Below are positions 22,142 through 32,915 of a DNA stretch of 64,000 bases, in pieces. Position numbers and translations under genes: made by a program. This stretch comes from Salinivirgaceae bacterium (lineage in GTDB: Bacteria > Bacteroidota > Bacteroidia > Bacteroidales > SZUA-534), in the NCBI GenBank assembly GCA_024405635.1, contig JAKSOL010000008.1, forward strand, positions 32,001-96,000, given 5' to 3'. Each line of letters starts with the position of its first letter. The stretch's first letter is position 1. Under the pieces are notes generated by a model that was not told the DNA's origin, searched no databases, and saw nothing but the letters and a program-made list of their open reading frames with translations.

Positions 22142-22920
22142 TGACCGAAAAAACATACAAAGAATTTACAGTAGGCAGTGCATTATTAGCAATGCTTATT
22201 GTTTGTGGCACAGCAATGCTATCGGCTGTAGTGCAAATAATGCTTAAATATGTACCCATAAGCACTAGTTGGAGCATGCTTATTGCTTATGTTGTTCAGT
22301 TTGCAGCAGGATTGGCAATAATCAAAATAATTTGGCGCGGAATCTGTTTCAAATTCAACAAATTCAATGCAAAACAAACGCTAATAGCCATAGCAACAAT
22401 ATTGGCCATGGGTGTTGTTTGCGAGGCTGCGATGATTTTATTTCCTATGCCCGACAAACTTGCTGCTTTGTTTAATGTTGTGCTACAACCTAACATTGCT
22501 ACATTTTTGTGTGTTTGCATTGCAGCACCAATGCTCGAAGAGATGGTTTTTCGTGGCGCAATATTAGGCGGAATGCTAAATAGCGGCATTGCTGCCCGAA
22601 AAGCTATTATTGTATCGGCTGCGCTATTTGCACTAATGCACCTTAACCCTTGGCAAGGTGTACCAGCTTTTGCCATTGGACTTCTATTTGGGTGGATTTA
22701 CAAACAAACTCAAAGTTTGTGGCCAAGCATGATTCTACACTTTGCAAACAACACCACAAGTTATTGCATCAGTACTATTTACGGAGACTCAAACGTTACG
22801 GTGAAAGATTTGGTTGGCAGTACTCAAATTTACATTGTAGTTGTTATAGTTTGCATAGCAATAACATACTTGGGCATTAAATGGTTAAGCAAATTGTTTG
22901 CTAACAACAAAGCCGTTTAA
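22141..22920 (+). CDS. CPBP (Abi/CAAX) intramembrane protease
   Basis: EEMVFRG, FALMH, H..NN motifs. Confidence 0.9.
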   Translation: MTEKTYKEFTVGSALLAMLIVCGTAMLSAVVQIMLKYVPISTSWSMLIAYVVQFAAGLAIIKIIWRGICFKFNKFNAKQTLIAIATILAMGVVCEAAMILFPMPDKLAALFNVVLQPNIATFLCVCIAAPMLEEMVFRGAILGGMLNSGIAARKAIIVSAALFALMHLNPWQGVPAFAIGLLFGWIYKQTQSLWPSMILHFANNTTSYCISTIYGDSNVTVKDLVGSTQIYIVVVIVCIAITYLGIKWLSKLFANNKAV

Positions 22921-23390
22921 TCAACTTGCGGATTCTCTAATCGAAAAACCAAACGCTGTACACCATCTTGCCAGCGACTGCTGCTAATGCGCAAACGTCC
23001 AATTTGCGCCGTGTGCGCCACATGCAACCCAATACAAAGGCACTCGTCGTAGTTGCCAACATGCACTATGCGCACTGTTTCAGAAGCATCGTCAGGCAAT
23101 CGATTAAGGTTAAAACGCTGAGCAACATCGGCTTGTTTAACAAACTCGGTCCAAACCTCAACATCCTCGTCAATAATACGGTTAACCTCTGTTTCTAGAT
23201 TGCGAATTTGATCGTCGGAAAGGGCTTGCGGCAAACTAAAATCAAGTTTTGATTTTTGACGCTCAATATGTGCCGAAAAAGCACGTCCACAGCCATACAT
23301 CTTATCCATCAAACCATTTAACAAATGCTCGGCAGTGTGCATAGGAGGAAATTCTTGTTTGTTATGCTCATTCAATTTAACCTCGTCCAT
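22917..23390 (-). CDS. Stand-alone AlaX-like aminoacyl-tRNA editing protein
   Basis: HTAEH and CIGLH zinc motifs; VRIVHVG. Confidence 0.8.
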   Translation of the reverse strand: MDEVKLNEHNKQEFPPMHTAEHLLNGLMDKMYGCGRAFSAHIERQKSKLDFSLPQALSDDQIRNLETEVNRIIDEDVEVWTEFVKQADVAQRFNLNRLPDDASETVRIVHVGNYDECLCIGLHVAHTAQIGRLRISSSRWQDGVQRLVFRLENPQVD

Positions 23391-23415
23391 ATTATTGATG
23401 TTCAATTAATTAAGT

Positions 23416-25959
23416 TTAAAATTCTATTCTATACGACAACGATGGAACAAATCGATATATGTAATAGAAACTTGGATTTAGCCACACATGACCATTGTCG
23501 TCGCTGCTGTAATAACTAATTCCCAACGGATTTTTATGTGCATACACGTTGTAAACCGAAAAGTTCCAAAAAGTATTGTAACGTTTAATGTCGTTATTGC
23601 GGCCTTTAAGTTCCAAACTCACGTCAAGCCTATGGTAAAGCGGCATTCGCATTGTGTTTATGTTGTCGCTAAACTGCAAAACAGGATTACCGTCCACGTT
23701 GTAGGTTCCAACTGCCGAAGTGTATGGCAAACCCGATGCCATTTTCCACGATGCCGAAGCCGACAATCTATTTTTTGAGTATAAGGCAGTAAAATCAATT
23801 GAATGTTTGCGAACATACGATGCTTGGTATGGGGAGTTTTGGTTAAGCCCATTGGTTGTCCAACTAGAATTAGTATAGTTAAATGCCGCTTTAAGTTGCA
23901 GATTATCATACGTATAATGCACCGATGTCTCAATTCCATATATTTTAGCCGACGAGTGATAAATAAACTTTTCGGGATCGATATCGTAAAGCAGGCGAAT
24001 CTCTTGCAACGACTCAATAATGTTAAACTGCCGACGATAATATGCACCAACCTCAATTGTTAAGTTCTGAATATCAGTGCATAATAAATTTGCCGACAAG
24101 TTATTTGACCTTTCGGGCATAAAACGCGAGTTTGCAGGAAGCAAACGGTTAATTGTTACCCCATAGGTACTTGTTTGCAGTTTGTGCAGTGTTTGGGCGC
24201 GAGTGCTAAATCCAGCTTTGAGCAACCACCCTTCGGCTAAACGATATTTTGCTGTTAAATTACCCTCATAATAAAACATTATGGTATCGCTAATATTTTG
24301 ATAGTTGGTTGGTGTTTTACTAGCGCTTATGTTGTTGCCAAAATCAACTGCCAAATTATTGCCTATCTGATAGTTCTGCACAAAATACAGTTTTGCAATA
24401 TCCATTCGCTGCGATTTATTGTGCAACCTTTTACTTAGCGACTCCTTTTCGTCTGAAATCAAATCGAAAGGCTCAAGTCTAAACATTGCAAAGTGAGCGC
24501 CATACTTAAGGTTAACCGCTTGGGTCACGTTATGCATAAAATCGAGTTTTGCACGTGCCTCAAAACATAAGTTCTGCCACGAGTATGCTCGGTTTGTGTA
24601 AAAATTATTCAACTGTGTTTCGTGTTGTATAACCGACAATGTTAAGTTACTCAACAAGTTACGGTTATAAAAATGATTCCACCGCACTGATGCAATACGA
24701 TTTGTTTGTTTAAGTTTACTGCTCACATCAAACTTATCAAAACCTACATAGTACGAAAAAAAGATTCGGTTATGATTATTTAAAGTAGTAGTCACTTTAG
24801 CGTTTATATCGTAAAAGTAAAAGTCAGCATCATAGTTCTGCGCTCGCAAAATTGGGGCTAAAAACAAGTCGGCATAAGTGCGACGAGCCGCCAACAAAAC
24901 CGATGTTTTTCCTTTCACCAAAGGACCTTCAGCTAAAGCGCGCAAAGTAAAAATACCCATTGATGCCGAAGCGTGCCAGTTGTAAAGGTCACCATTGCGC
25001 AACCTAACATCAATAATACCCGAAAGCGCCTCGTCGTTTTCAATTGAAATATCGCCTTTGTAAATATTGATGTGGTTTATAATATCTGGATTGTAGCCCG
25101 ATGCAAAACCGCCCAAGTGCGATGGCATATAATTTTCCACACCGTCCATCATAAAGGTTGTTTGGTCGCTACTGCCTCCTTGAATATTGATTGAACTAGA
25201 CGACATTTCACTCATTTGAATACCTGACATTAGGTCTAAATTTCGCAAAGCATCGTGTTCGCCCATCACGTTAGGCAAGTGGCGTAAAGTGTTAACGCTC
25301 ATGCGCATAACTCCACTTTCTGTAGCTTCAACAATGTCGTCTTTGCTGTCGGAACGTACTGTAACCTCGCTCATTTGATAAACCACAGGTTCAAGTTGCA
25401 CTTTAATTTGCTCATTGTTAGACACATCAATAGTTATTACTTTTTGCTTATACCCTAAACATTGGCATCGCAACTGATGCTTTCCTTGTGGCAGATATAG
25501 CGAAAAGTAGCCATACACATTGGTTGTGGTACCAATGCCTGCAATGCTTGAATGAACTGCGCCTCCAATAATGCTTTCTGATGTTGTGCTATCGACCATA
25601 ACACCCGACACATAATAATACTTCATCTCGTGAGGTGCTAACTTAAAGAGCACTATTTGTCCGTCAATTTCTTGCGAGCCAATACGATATGCCATTCGCA
25701 GCCTATCTATCAGTTGGTCAACACTTTGCAACTGATTGTTTGGCATAACAAAATTTATTTTGCCAATAACGTTATCAGAATATGAAAAACGAACCGATGC
25801 TTGTTGCTCAACCTCAGCAATAATTTGTTTGAGCGACTTATTGTTGGTTTCAATCTGTACCGACTGCGAATAACCGCGACAAAGCATCAGCATTGCCAGC
25901 AATACAAGTAGTAGTCGATGTAGTTTTTTGTCGTTCAAAATATTTTGCTCTATAAACAA
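23416..25959 (-). CDS. TonB-dependent receptor with N-terminal STN-like extension
   Basis: CarboxypepD_reg-like domain, plug LPNVMGEHD, YHRLD, NVYAHKN, C-terminal F. Confidence 0.85.
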   Translation of the reverse strand: MFIEQNILNDKKLHRLLLVLLAMLMLCRGYSQSVQIETNNKSLKQIIAEVEQQASVRFSYSDNVIGKINFVMPNNQLQSVDQLIDRLRMAYRIGSQEIDGQIVLFKLAPHEMKYYYVSGVMVDSTTSESIIGGAVHSSIAGIGTTTNVYGYFSLYLPQGKHQLRCQCLGYKQKVITIDVSNNEQIKVQLEPVVYQMSEVTVRSDSKDDIVEATESGVMRMSVNTLRHLPNVMGEHDALRNLDLMSGIQMSEMSSSSINIQGGSSDQTTFMMDGVENYMPSHLGGFASGYNPDIINHINIYKGDISIENDEALSGIIDVRLRNGDLYNWHASASMGIFTLRALAEGPLVKGKTSVLLAARRTYADLFLAPILRAQNYDADFYFYDINAKVTTTLNNHNRIFFSYYVGFDKFDVSSKLKQTNRIASVRWNHFYNRNLLSNLTLSVIQHETQLNNFYTNRAYSWQNLCFEARAKLDFMHNVTQAVNLKYGAHFAMFRLEPFDLISDEKESLSKRLHNKSQRMDIAKLYFVQNYQIGNNLAVDFGNNISASKTPTNYQNISDTIMFYYEGNLTAKYRLAEGWLLKAGFSTRAQTLHKLQTSTYGVTINRLLPANSRFMPERSNNLSANLLCTDIQNLTIEVGAYYRRQFNIIESLQEIRLLYDIDPEKFIYHSSAKIYGIETSVHYTYDNLQLKAAFNYTNSSWTTNGLNQNSPYQASYVRKHSIDFTALYSKNRLSASASWKMASGLPYTSAVGTYNVDGNPVLQFSDNINTMRMPLYHRLDVSLELKGRNNDIKRYNTFWNFSVYNVYAHKNPLGISYYSSDDNGHVWLNPSFYYIYRFVPSLSYRIEF

Positions 25960-25992
25960 AACAATCCAGACCGTTGCCAGCCTGGATTGCGA
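25958..25992 (-). terminator. Probable terminator after the DUF1573 gene
   Basis: CAATCCAG...CTGGATTG hairpin with T-tract on the minus strand. Confidence 0.5.
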
Positions 25993-26008
25993 TTTTTTAT
26001 CAAGTTGG

Positions 26009-27103
26009 TTATTCTCCCTCTTTTACATCGCCAAAAATGCGTAACACAACTTTTGACTTATTGGGGTCGTTTGATATTATGGTAATCGTTTTATTTTGTC
26101 GGTTGCGTTTACCTGCCGAATTAAAAGTAACTTCAAAATCAGTTGATTCGCCAAGTTTTAGCACGTCAACTTTGGTTTTAGCAACAGTGCAGCCGCACGA
26201 CGACATTACTTTTCGAATAAGCAAATCGGATTTACCGGTGTTGCTAAATGTGAAAGTATGGCTCACTTTGTCGCCTTGTTTAATGGTGCCAAAGCTAAAT
26301 TCGGTTTCGGTAAAAGTTATTGCAGGCGCATCGGCAAGTTGCTGAGCCGATAGAGTTGAAAAATCTTCCTCAATGGTTGCGCTAATTGATAGCACGTTCT
26401 TTTTCGATTTTTCGCCATTAAAAGTCAAGTAAACTTTGTCCATCATAAAACCCCAATCGTTGCGCTTAGTGGCATCGTAAATGGCTATTAGTTTGCCAGT
26501 TTGGTTTGGTTGCAAAGTTTCAGGAACAGCCTTCATTGTTATGTGAGCAGGCACTTCGTCAAACGTAATGGTGAGAGGTTTTTCGGTTAAGTTTACCATG
26601 CTCATGGTGTCTGATTTTCCGGTATTTGTATTCTTAACACTTAAGAACGATATGTGGTTTGTTTCAACATTTAGTTCGCCAATTTGACGAGGATGAAGTT
26701 CAGCAAGTGTTTTTTCGCGCTCAAGCACTTGGCCCGATATGCGAATGATTGATGTTTGTGGCACACAGTTGGTGGTTACTGTGATGGTTTTTTTGAACGG
26801 ACCTGGGCGACCGCTAGGGTCGTAGGTTGCCGAAACGTAGCCCGATTTGCCTGGCATAACTGGCGACTTTGTGTAGTCGGCAGTGGTACAACCACACGAT
26901 GGATGAACGTTTGTAATAACCAAAGGTTCAGTTCCTTCGTTCACAAAAACAAATTTATGTGTTACCTCGCCATCGGCTTCTTTCAAATCGCCAAAATCGT
27001 GAGTGGCGCTATCCCATTTCAAAATTGGACCTTTTTGTTGAGCTACCGAGCTGACTACTGCGGCAGCCATCATCAACATTAGAACTAACTTTTTCATAAT
27101 CAA
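26009..27103 (-). CDS. DUF1573 (Ig-like) tandem-domain secreted protein
   Basis: Two SCGCT motifs with N.G..L.I; signal peptide. Confidence 0.88.
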   Translation of the reverse strand: MIMKKLVLMLMMAAAVVSSVAQQKGPILKWDSATHDFGDLKEADGEVTHKFVFVNEGTEPLVITNVHPSCGCTTADYTKSPVMPGKSGYVSATYDPSGRPGPFKKTITVTTNCVPQTSIIRISGQVLEREKTLAELHPRQIGELNVETNHISFLSVKNTNTGKSDTMSMVNLTEKPLTITFDEVPAHITMKAVPETLQPNQTGKLIAIYDATKRNDWGFMMDKVYLTFNGEKSKKNVLSISATIEEDFSTLSAQQLADAPAITFTETEFSFGTIKQGDKVSHTFTFSNTGKSDLLIRKVMSSCGCTVAKTKVDVLKLGESTDFEVTFNSAGKRNRQNKTITIISNDPNKSKVVLRIFGDVKEGE

Positions 27104-27124
27104 AGTGGATTAAGTTAATGGTAG

Positions 27125-27196
27125 TACCCCGAATGGGAATCGAACCCATATCAACAGTTTAGGAAACTGCGATTCTATCCGTTGAACTATCAGGGC
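27125..27196 (-). tRNA. tRNA-Arg(CCT)
   Basis: GCCCTGATAGTTCAACGGATAGAA...TTCCTAA...GGTTCGATTCC...TCGGGGTA cloverleaf; TACCTTTG promoter upstream. Confidence 0.95.
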
Positions 27197-27307
27197 AGTG
27201 GCACAAAGGTAACAAAAGTAGGCAGTTTATTGCCTTTTGTGTTTGGTTTTTAGTTTTGGTTTTAACGTAATGCTACTTACGATTATTATGTTACGGTTGC
27301 AATAGTA

Positions 27308-29584
27308 TTACTCTACTATACGCAGCTTGGCATATTTTAGAATTAAGCGTTTTTCGCCTGCTCGAGGGAAGAATATTGTTGCACAAAAATCGGCACCCAA
27401 GCTGTCGATTTTCAGCACTTTACCTATACCAAACTGAACGTGTTCAACACTCATACCAACTTTAATGTCGCCTGCATCGCTTGGAGCAAAGTCCATTGGT
27501 TGATGTGTAGGTTGCGAGTGCATTTGCTTTAGTTTGTTGGTGGCTGCCTGACTAAAACTTTGAGTTATGCGACGTGGTTGAAATTTATCGGCATTTTCAA
27601 CTCCAAAACCTGAACGTTCAGCGGGCGTTGCTCGGCGCATGTATTGCGGGTCAATATCTTTCAAAAAACGGCTTGGCGATGTGGTTTTAGCTTGGCCATA
27701 TTGCGAACGACTGTGGCAAAACGACAGATTTGCAACCGTTTTGGCGCGAGTTATTGCCACATAAAGCAAACGTCGTTCTTCTTCAATGCCAAACTCCCCT
27801 TCTGCCATACTCGAAGGGAAAAGATTCTCCTCTAGTCCAACTATGTAAACATACGGGAACTCCAATCCCTTGGCAGCATGAATGGTCATCATTGTAACGC
27901 TGTTTGGCTGTTCATCAGAGTTTGTATCTTGATCGGTGAGCAGAGCTACATTTTGCAAGAAACCCGAAAGTGGAGCCCGATCGGAACCATTGCCGTTAGC
28001 TGCGGTATAGTCCATAATGGCGTTAAGCAATTCTTCAATATTTTGCAATCGGCTTTGGTCTTCAAGATTGTTCATGGCATCAAACTCACTCTTAATGCCC
28101 ACTTCGTCAATCATTTGGCGAGCCAAATCGTAAGCATCAAGCGTGTTTTGCAAACCGATGTACTTTTTAATCAAATCGACAAAGGTTTTTATTCGAGCCA
28201 AAGTTGATTGCGGCAAGTTTGCGTGGTTGTTATTTGGTTGACTTATTATTTGCCAAATGCTCACATGCATATTGTTTGCGGCATTTTCTATCTTGTCAAT
28301 AGTTGCCTCGCCTATTTTACGCGATGGATAATTGATTACTCGTTTCAATGCCTCGCCGTCGTCGGGATTAACTACTAGACGCAAATAAGCAATAATGTCC
28401 TTTATCTCTTTGCGTTGATAGAACGATGTTCCACCATAAATCTGATAAGCCATGTTACGTTTGCGCAATGCCTCTTCAAACACGCGGCTTTGCGCATTTG
28501 TTCTATAAAGAATGGCAACGTCGTTACATGTAATGTGTTTATTTACAATGTTATTATAAATATCCATTACCACTGTATTGGCTTCTTCGCGCTCAGTCAT
28601 CACTTCAAATATCTTAATTGGAGCGCCCTCGTCGTTTTCTGAAAAAACAGTTTTAGGTATTCGGCGTACATTCTTCTCTATCAGGCAATTAGCTGCATCT
28701 ACAATGGTTTGTGTTGAGCGATAGTTTTGCTCAAGTTTAAAGATGCGGTGTTGCGGATAGTCTTTCTGAAAATTGAGTATGTTTTCAATTTTTGCGCCTC
28801 GAAACGAGTAAATGCTTTGAGCATCGTCGCCTACCACGCAAATATTGTTATGTAATTTACATAACTGCCTGATTATTAAGTACTGTGCAAAGTTTGTGTC
28901 TTGATACTCATCAACTAGCACATACTTAAACTTGTTCTGATATTTTTCCAAAATATCGGGATTGTCGCGAAACAAGACGTTTGTGTTAAGTAGCAAATCG
29001 TCAAAATCCATTGCTGCCGAAGTTCTGCAACGCGATGCGTATTCCAAATAAATGCGGCCAATCATAGGCATGCGCATTTTGTTATCGTTGGCATACATGT
29101 TACTGTCGCGAGCATAGGCTTGCGCTGTGTAAAGGTTGTTTTTTGCCATCGATATGCGATTGAGCACGGTACTCGATTTGTATTGCTTTTCGTCGAACTC
29201 AAAACCTTTTACAATCGACTTTATAAGGTTTTTCGAGTCGGTGGTGTCATATATTGTGTACTCCGATGGGTAACCAAGTCGGTCGCTTTCGACACGAAGG
29301 ATGCGGCTAAAAATTGAGTGAAAAGTACCCATCACAAGTTTATCAGCCAACTCGGCGCCCACCAATGCCGAAATACGGTTTTTCATTTCGCGAGCAGCCT
29401 TATTGGTAAACGTAAGTGCCAAAATGTTCCATGGAGCCACGCCTTGATTAAGCAAGTATGCAATGCGATAAGTAAGCACTCTTGTTTTTCCAGAACCCGC
29501 ACCCGCCACTATCAAACAAGGTCCGTCTTTACTTACAACTGCTTGACGTTGCACATCGCTCAAATCGTTCAAAAAATCTTGCAT
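27308..29584 (-). CDS. uvrD: UvrD/PcrA ATP-dependent DNA helicase
   Basis: AGAGSGKT, DEYQD, LEQNYRST, HAAKGLEF, YVAITRA, C-terminal Tudor-like domain. Confidence 0.93.
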   Translation of the reverse strand: MQDFLNDLSDVQRQAVVSKDGPCLIVAGAGSGKTRVLTYRIAYLLNQGVAPWNILALTFTNKAAREMKNRISALVGAELADKLVMGTFHSIFSRILRVESDRLGYPSEYTIYDTTDSKNLIKSIVKGFEFDEKQYKSSTVLNRISMAKNNLYTAQAYARDSNMYANDNKMRMPMIGRIYLEYASRCRTSAAMDFDDLLLNTNVLFRDNPDILEKYQNKFKYVLVDEYQDTNFAQYLIIRQLCKLHNNICVVGDDAQSIYSFRGAKIENILNFQKDYPQHRIFKLEQNYRSTQTIVDAANCLIEKNVRRIPKTVFSENDEGAPIKIFEVMTEREEANTVVMDIYNNIVNKHITCNDVAILYRTNAQSRVFEEALRKRNMAYQIYGGTSFYQRKEIKDIIAYLRLVVNPDDGEALKRVINYPSRKIGEATIDKIENAANNMHVSIWQIISQPNNNHANLPQSTLARIKTFVDLIKKYIGLQNTLDAYDLARQMIDEVGIKSEFDAMNNLEDQSRLQNIEELLNAIMDYTAANGNGSDRAPLSGFLQNVALLTDQDTNSDEQPNSVTMMTIHAAKGLEFPYVYIVGLEENLFPSSMAEGEFGIEEERRLLYVAITRAKTVANLSFCHSRSQYGQAKTTSPSRFLKDIDPQYMRRATPAERSGFGVENADKFQPRRITQSFSQAATNKLKQMHSQPTHQPMDFAPSDAGDIKVGMSVEHVQFGIGKVLKIDSLGADFCATIFFPRAGEKRLILKYAKLRIVE

Positions 29585-29656
29585 AGCTCTATTGGTGTTT
29601 GTTGTTTCAACAGAATAAAATTTGGGGCTAACTTAATGTGCCAGCATTAGTGATTG

Positions 29657-31030
29657 TTATTTTTTTCGGAACAGATGCACATAGCCATCGCGGCGAAACT
29701 CTTGGCCGTCCCAACCTTCGGCGTATATGGTGTAGTAATAAACACCAGCTGGAGCCTCGCCTATTCCATCGGTTTTGCCGTCCCAGCCTTCCCAATCGCC
29801 ACTACCGTCTTCGTAACTATATATTTTGTTTCCCCAACGGTTGTAAATTTTAACCTTAAAGTGTTTTATTGAGCGCGGCATCGACTCGTCTTTAAACGTA
29901 AAACGCGGATTGTTGCCGCCTGGTGTAAAAGCATTGGGGATATCGGGTTTACGCGACACAAACGACGTGTCAACATTTATGTATTCCTCTTTCAGCAAAT
30001 AATCTTCGCATTGCTGCTCCATTCCGTTTTCTACATAAACAGGGCCTTTTACTGCTAGTGCAACATTATAGCCATACTGAATGTTTGGACGGAAATAGGT
30101 TATTGAGTCGGGAATAATTTGCGTCAGCACTGGAGGTATAAGCAACGAATCGCCTCCTCGCTGAAGACGTGGTTGCTGATAAAAGTACCAACAGTAGTCG
30201 TATGCATTTTCTGAACTATCGACAAACTGAACGCGCAGAGGCGCTTGTCCTGACGAATCGCTCTCGTTTTGAGGAACATACGCTCGGCTTGCAACAAACT
30301 TTGCTTTAACAGCTTTTAAATACAAGTCGCCATTTCCATCGTCGTCGCCAACATCAATCTCAAGTTTTTTGGTACGCGACACTTGATACTTGTCTTCAAC
30401 TGTTAATCGATAAATAGTTGGCACCGTGGGCGCATCAAAACTTGGATTTCGGTCCGATGGTATGTTGCTTTCGGGCGAACTCTCCCACGAATATTTCAAA
30501 CGGTTAATCTTGTCGCCACAATAAATAAGTGGCTCGCCGGTCATTCGGTCAAAATATTCAAACTCCTCGTCGTAGGCCAATTGTGTACGCAACGACATTT
30601 GCTCGCAAGTTGACTGGTAAACCGATATGGCGCTAATGTTGAATTCATTTTGAAAAACCCATGCATAAAATGCAGTATCCCAAGTACCTGCAGCATTTTC
30701 AACCTTCACCATATACCCGTTTTGCGTGCATTCACCTTTAGTTGAATTGCGCACTCCTACATCTTTTTTCAGCACTATATCAAACGCCTTTGTTTGCTCG
30801 TTAAACCTAAACCAAGTAAAAGTAAGGTTTAAACTATCGGCAATTGAAACAGAAAGAGTGCCTGTGGTGCTAAACCCGCGAGGATCGGAATAGTAAACAA
30901 AAATCGGGTCGTTGGCAATGTTGCTAGTGTATGCGGTTGAATCAACACGGTCAGCATCGGCAGTAATCTGCGCAAATGTGACAAGGCATTGCACAAGCAT
31001 TATCAGTATCAGCAACAATTTTCTTTGCAT
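29657..31030 (-). CDS. T9SS type-B (gliding motility-associated) C-terminal domain protein with PKD-like domain
   Basis: IPNAFTP...IYNRWG...WDG...GVYYY. Confidence 0.85.
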   Translation of the reverse strand: MQRKLLLILIMLVQCLVTFAQITADADRVDSTAYTSNIANDPIFVYYSDPRGFSTTGTLSVSIADSLNLTFTWFRFNEQTKAFDIVLKKDVGVRNSTKGECTQNGYMVKVENAAGTWDTAFYAWVFQNEFNISAISVYQSTCEQMSLRTQLAYDEEFEYFDRMTGEPLIYCGDKINRLKYSWESSPESNIPSDRNPSFDAPTVPTIYRLTVEDKYQVSRTKKLEIDVGDDDGNGDLYLKAVKAKFVASRAYVPQNESDSSGQAPLRVQFVDSSENAYDYCWYFYQQPRLQRGGDSLLIPPVLTQIIPDSITYFRPNIQYGYNVALAVKGPVYVENGMEQQCEDYLLKEEYINVDTSFVSRKPDIPNAFTPGGNNPRFTFKDESMPRSIKHFKVKIYNRWGNKIYSYEDGSGDWEGWDGKTDGIGEAPAGVYYYTIYAEGWDGQEFRRDGYVHLFRKK

Positions 31031-31190
31031 CAAAAAAACACGATTAATGTTATTAACGAAAAAAGTAACGGCAAAAGTATAAAAAGCCCCCAATAACTTT
31101 CTGCATCACTTCTTTTCAGTTTTCCACAGTCATAATTTTTTATTTGGCAACAGGTAATATCTTTGGGCTCGCAATTCAAATTGAAAACAG

Positions 31191-32915
31191 ATGAATTTTA
31201 CAAGAATTTTAGCAATCGCTATAGCTGCAATGCCTTTTATTAGTGCTGCACAAGAAAAAATAGAAACTCGATATGCAAACGGCAAAATTGCTAGCACTGG
31301 AGTGCTGCAAAACGGTAAAGAAAACGGCACTTGGACTTATTACGACAGCCTTGGCGTTAAAACCCAAGAGACCGATTTTCGCAACGGCAACGTTCACGGC
31401 AAACTAACCTATTTTCACAAAGACGGAACGATAGAAAACCAAGGTGAATTTCGTTCGGGAATAATGCACGGCAAATACTTTGAAAACTACCTTAACGGCA
31501 AACGCAAGGTTGAAGGATTTTACCGCGCAGGCAAAAAAGACAGCACATGGTGCTACTACAACGGCAGCGGACTTAAGTACCGCGAAGAACGCCATAAAAA
31601 CGACACTATTTTCTTGCTTAATTATTGGGAAGATGCTAATAAACAAACAATTAGCAATGGCGAAGGCACATACACTTCGTACTACCAAAACGGCAATATT
31701 AAGGAAACTGGACCTTACAAAAATGGGCGCGAAAACGGTTATTGGAAACGATATTTCCCCAACGGCAAAATGATGTCAAGCGGGCACTACCAAAACGGAC
31801 TTGAGGTTGGCAAATGGCTTACCTATTACCAAAACGGCAACCTTAAAAGCGAAATGAACTACGAAAACGGACTAAATGTTCGCTTTTTCGAAAATGGACA
31901 AAAGAACATGGAAGGCCGATTAAAAAACAACAAACGCGATAGTATTTGGACTTTTTGGTACATCGACGGCAAACAAAAATCGCAAGTAAACTACACCGAC
32001 GGACAAAAAAACGGCATTCAAACCAACTGGTTCCCTACAGGAGTAAAATCAAGCGAAATAACATTTGCCAATGGTCGCAAAAACGGCAAAGCAACATGGT
32101 GGCGCAACAATGGTCAGTTAGATATGGAAGGCTACTTTGAAAACGATGTACAAGACAGTTTGTGGACCTATTGGCGCACCGATGGCAACAAAGGCAACGA
32201 GGGTTTTTATCGTGATGGACAAATGCATGGTCACTGGACATATTGGTATGCCAACCAAAAAGTTTGGAAAGAAGGCGACTTTAGTCATGGTGCTCGCCAC
32301 GGGCACTGGGTGGTTTACTACGAGGACGGTTCAAAATTCCACGAGGGCGACTTTAACAACGGAAAAGAACACGGATATTGGGAACAATGGTTTGAAAATG
32401 GACAAACCGAAACCACAGGCTACTTTGTTAATGGACAAATGGATAGCACTTGGCACGGATACTTTGAAAACGGACAACCACACTACATTACCAACTACCG
32501 AAAAGACATTAAGCATGGTAAATCGGAACTTTGGTACGAAAATGGACGAAAAAGCACCGAAGAAAACTTTAATAACGGCACCTACCACGGTGAATACAAA
32601 TCGTTCCGCAACAATGGGTCGAAAGGTTTTGAAGGCTTTTATAATCAAGGTAAAAAAACGGGCGAATGGAAATACTACAACGAATACAATAAACAAGTTC
32701 GCCAAGAGCAATACAAAAATGGATTGGAAGATGGTGAGTGGAAAACTTGGTTTGACGAAGGTCCAATTAACACCATCATTACATACAAAAACGGACAAAA
32801 AAACGGACTATCACGCTACTACGAGATTAAAGGCCGCGTGGTTTATGAAGTGATTTACAAAAACGACGAGATTACAAAAACGAAAGTTGACATTCGCCAA
32901 AAGCAACTCAACTAA
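31191..32915 (+). CDS. Secreted MORN-variant repeat protein (YwqK-like)
   Basis: Signal peptide then about 20 repeats of G.W..(Y/W)YENG...EG.(Y/F).NG. Confidence 0.85.
   Translation: MNFTRILAIAIAAMPFISAAQEKIETRYANGKIASTGVLQNGKENGTWTYYDSLGVKTQETDFRNGNVHGKLTYFHKDGTIENQGEFRSGIMHGKYFENYLNGKRKVEGFYRAGKKDSTWCYYNGSGLKYREERHKNDTIFLLNYWEDANKQTISNGEGTYTSYYQNGNIKETGPYKNGRENGYWKRYFPNGKMMSSGHYQNGLEVGKWLTYYQNGNLKSEMNYENGLNVRFFENGQKNMEGRLKNNKRDSIWTFWYIDGKQKSQVNYTDGQKNGIQTNWFPTGVKSSEITFANGRKNGKATWWRNNGQLDMEGYFENDVQDSLWTYWRTDGNKGNEGFYRDGQMHGHWTYWYANQKVWKEGDFSHGARHGHWVVYYEDGSKFHEGDFNNGKEHGYWEQWFENGQTETTGYFVNGQMDSTWHGYFENGQPHYITNYRKDIKHGKSELWYENGRKSTEENFNNGTYHGEYKSFRNNGSKGFEGFYNQGKKTGEWKYYNEYNKQVRQEQYKNGLEDGEWKTWFDEGPINTIITYKNGQKNGLSRYYEIKGRVVYEVIYKNDEITKTKVDIRQKQLN

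Noticed and set aside
32137-32853. 238-aa alternate-frame ORF (and others) inside the MORN gene
   Set aside because: Shadow of repetitive codon usage; low-complexity T/K/M product
31191-32915. Possible DGR target (many AAC/TAC codons)
   Set aside because: No template repeat or reverse transcriptase seen in the window
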